A DNA stretch of 64,000 bases from Bacteroidota bacterium (GTDB taxonomy: Bacteria; Bacteroidota; Rhodothermia; Rhodothermales; JABDKH01). This document shows positions 62,242-64,000 of this stretch, piece after piece (the first letter of the stretch is position 1; every line of letters begins with the position of its first letter). Location of the stretch: positions 20,827 through 84,826 of the forward strand of contig JAGQWL010000049.1 in NCBI GenBank assembly GCA_020437385.1, written 5' to 3'. The notes beneath the pieces are model-generated. The model made no database searches and was not told where the DNA came from. It was given only the letters and a program-made list of their open reading frames with translations. A program made the position numbers and the translations under genes.

Positions 62242-63602
62242 TGCCGCACCTCGTTTGTTTCCATGAGCCCGACTCTCCCAAATGCGTCCTGCTTCAGGTT
62301 CGGAAAGAGTCTACGAGGTCCAACGAGAAACTGATTCTCGACGACAAGGGGGACGACGAACATCGCGGAAGTCGACAGGCCATCCGCCAACCAGTCGGAG
62401 GCCTCAGCATAGGATGCCAACTGGTCGCACTTGGCGACCGGACTTCCGTCGAGACGTAATACGTAACCGACGTCGCTGCCGTTCTTGAGCAACTCAATCA
62501 GCGCATCCGCAGTCACTCCCGAAGACACGACCACTGTCGAGACATCGTTTGGTTGGCCGAGTAGCACGCCGGCAATCGGGCTCTCCGCCGAAGACAGGCC
62601 CACGATTCGTTCAGCTATGTCACGTGCGGTTGCGTCGGCTGCATCGTACACAATTCGTGGCCGCGTCGTCCGCGAACTCGGTGAGCGCTTTGCAGAGGAA
62701 CGGAATACGCAGGCGGACCCAGGAGACTGTCGATCCTGCGTCGGATAGGGCGATACGCTCGCACGAACGGCGGATGCAGACAGCTCACTCCGGAACGCAT
62801 CGAGCTGCACCGAGTCCGCCCGCACGCTTCCATCGCGAAGTGGCGAAATGAACACGTAGGCTGCCGCCGGACCGAGCAGAATCTGCAAGTGCCCGGAATG
62901 CGATCTGCTGTAAGCAAGTACGTTGCGGTCGGATGTAATCACAAGTGCGGTGTCGGCGCTCAGTACATCGCGCGGATCGGCAGTGGAAGGAAGGACAGTG
63001 ATCGAAGCCTTGCCTCCGCCTGAGTTTTTCAAGGTGTACCCACCAGCCGGGTTCTGCGAGAGGCTGTGTGACCGGAGCTGCGAAAAGCCGCGTTCGAAGG
63101 AACGTGCCGGATCGGATAGCTCTCGCCTGACTGCAAGCGGGTTATCCATCGAGTAGAGGCGCAGTGTATTCCTTTCTGCCCGGACCGAGTCGAGACTGCC
63201 CTGCCTCATCGTTGCCGCGTCCAGTTCGACTGCGATCGACCGAAGGAATTCCTCCGACAAGCGTGGGTCTGCCGTCGGCAATGATTCCAGTTCGAGCATT
63301 CGACTGTTGCGCTGCTCCCTGAACGAACGTCGCGGTATGGATTCGCCGGTACACGAGCGCTCGTACAGCGTCGCATAGAGCTGTTTTCCCGTGAGGGGAT
63401 TCTGAGGCGAGAGTCCGGAAAGAAGGGCACCGTGCACGTTCGGGTTGACCACGACGGTGGTTCGGAGCGATTCGCCGTGCACCGACGGGCAATCGGCGAG
63501 CGCATCCCGGTCGCCGCCGTCGATAGAGGTGCCTCCGCTGCACCCAGATGTCCAAACGAGCACAGCCAACGACAGAGCCGCTATGAGCCGCTCAATCCGC
63601 AT
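62238..63602 (-). CDS. Hypothetical lipoprotein, translationally coupled to the histidine kinase
   Basis: The track ORF 62238..63731 was trimmed to the ATG at 63602 (CAT 63600-63602). That ATG lies 11 nt after the upstream gene stop. The product starts MRIERLIAALSLAVLVWTSGC, which contains a lipobox. It has a 4-nt overlap with the kinase start. Any solute-binding-protein resemblance is only vague. Confidence 0.55.
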   Translation of the reverse strand: MRIERLIAALSLAVLVWTSGCSGGTSIDGGDRDALADCPSVHGESLRTTVVVNPNVHGALLSGLSPQNPLTGKQLYATLYERSCTGESIPRRSFREQRNSRMLELESLPTADPRLSEEFLRSIAVELDAATMRQGSLDSVRAERNTLRLYSMDNPLAVRRELSDPARSFERGFSQLRSHSLSQNPAGGYTLKNSGGGKASITVLPSTADPRDVLSADTALVITSDRNVLAYSRSHSGHLQILLGPAAAYVFISPLRDGSVRADSVQLDAFRSELSASAVRASVSPYPTQDRQSPGSACVFRSSAKRSPSSRTTRPRIVYDAADATARDIAERIVGLSSAESPIAGVLLGQPNDVSTVVVSSGVTADALIELLKNGSDVGYVLRLDGSPVAKCDQLASYAEASDWLADGLSTSAMFVVPLVVENQFLVGPRRLFPNLKQDAFGRVGLMETNEVRQ

Positions 63603-63612
63603 GAGTGGTCGC

Positions 63613-64000
63613 CTAGAAAATGTAGTCGATGTGCCATCGCTTCTCCTGTCCTGATGCGACAGTACATTCGAGATACGGTTCCCACGAGATCGTTCGCGTG
63701 TTTCCCCAGAGAGGCAGGTAGGTCGGAACATAGCTGCACGCCGCCGAAATCAGCCCGAGCTTTGGATGTCGCTGAAGACCGACAAGATTCGACTGCGCCT
63801 CCATGTCGACCGCCTGATAGTAGTCTGTTTCCCAGACTTGCGTCTTCCGACAGATAAATCCGTTTCGTGCGAACGCGTAGCCGTCGTTGTCGGGAAGGAA
63901 AACGGGGACGTTGAAACGGCAGAGCTCCTGGGTGTCCGGCTGCGGAAAAAACGGGTGCGGAAACCAGCGGATTGGAATTGATATGCCGCTGTTGTTGCGG
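63613..64000 (-). CDS. 3' end of a gene continuing beyond the window; beta-barrel outer-membrane-protein-like C-terminus
   Basis: The reading frame is open from the window edge to TAG at 63613-63615. About 69% of third positions are G/C. It ends ...RWHIDYIF with a terminal aromatic residue, as in OMP barrels. The track shows only its last 63 aa. Confidence 0.45.
   Translation of the reverse strand, partial: RNNSGISIPIRWFPHPFFPQPDTQELCRFNVPVFLPDNDGYAFARNGFICRKTQVWETDYYQAVDMEAQSNLVGLQRHPKLGLISAACSYVPTYLPLWGNTRTISWEPYLECTVASGQEKRWHIDYIF

Noticed and set aside
1-64000. CRISPR arrays, tRNA/rRNA genes, transposases, integrases, phage or defence-system genes
   Set aside because: I looked for regularly spaced 25-40-bp repeats, GGTTCGAATCC-type T-arms and recognisable recombinase, RT or nuclease motifs in all ORFs and gaps, and found none. 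The scan was by eye only. tRNAscan-SE, CRISPR-finder and defence-HMM scans would be the proper controls.

Overview
This is a chromosomal window from a high-GC bacterium. Clear genes show about 80% G/C at third codon positions in spot checks. Gene content points to the Bacteroidota/Rhodothermota lineage: the T9SS translocon SprA, a Bat aerotolerance-type operon, a DUF5683 gene after parB, and alternative complex III next to a caa3 oxidase. I can support about 58 protein-coding genes. They are: the actD-E-F tail of ACIII plus SCO1 plus a caa3 oxidase (19-7764, +); housekeeping genes (metF, hpf, ybeY, a cold-shock gene, lipB); an 8-kb sprA; PBP1A; a dnaX-ybaB-recR string running into an orphan two-domain ABC permease and a saccharopine-dehydrogenase-family gene; tdk; an 8-gene DUF58/VWA/TPR Bat-like operon (32432-41010, -) with no MoxR ATPase in the window; purQ; a rhomboid protease; a glycosyltransferase / SPT-like alpha-oxoamine synthase / GNAT-like / HAD cluster (44056-48554, -); parA-parB-DUF5683; a UvrD-type helicase; a GNAT gene, an unlisted 52-codon DUF5989-like ORF and two FtsX-type permeases; rpiA; and a lipoprotein / histidine kinase / sigma54 response regulator module. 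I found no rRNA, tRNA, CRISPR array, transposase or integrase by eye. The most unusual tract is a 1.5-kb ORF-poor convergent gap (42543-44055). It carries a unit of about 95 nt bounded by a promoter-like motif and a terminator. It also carries a second near-consensus promoter whose predicted start coincides with a UUCG hairpin, further tetraloop-capped hairpins that are canonical only on the plus strand, and two blocks of short tandem repeats. This gap is my best candidate for an undescribed, probably RNA-based, element. All functional calls rest on motif and family recognition by eye. No database search, folding computation or statistics were run.
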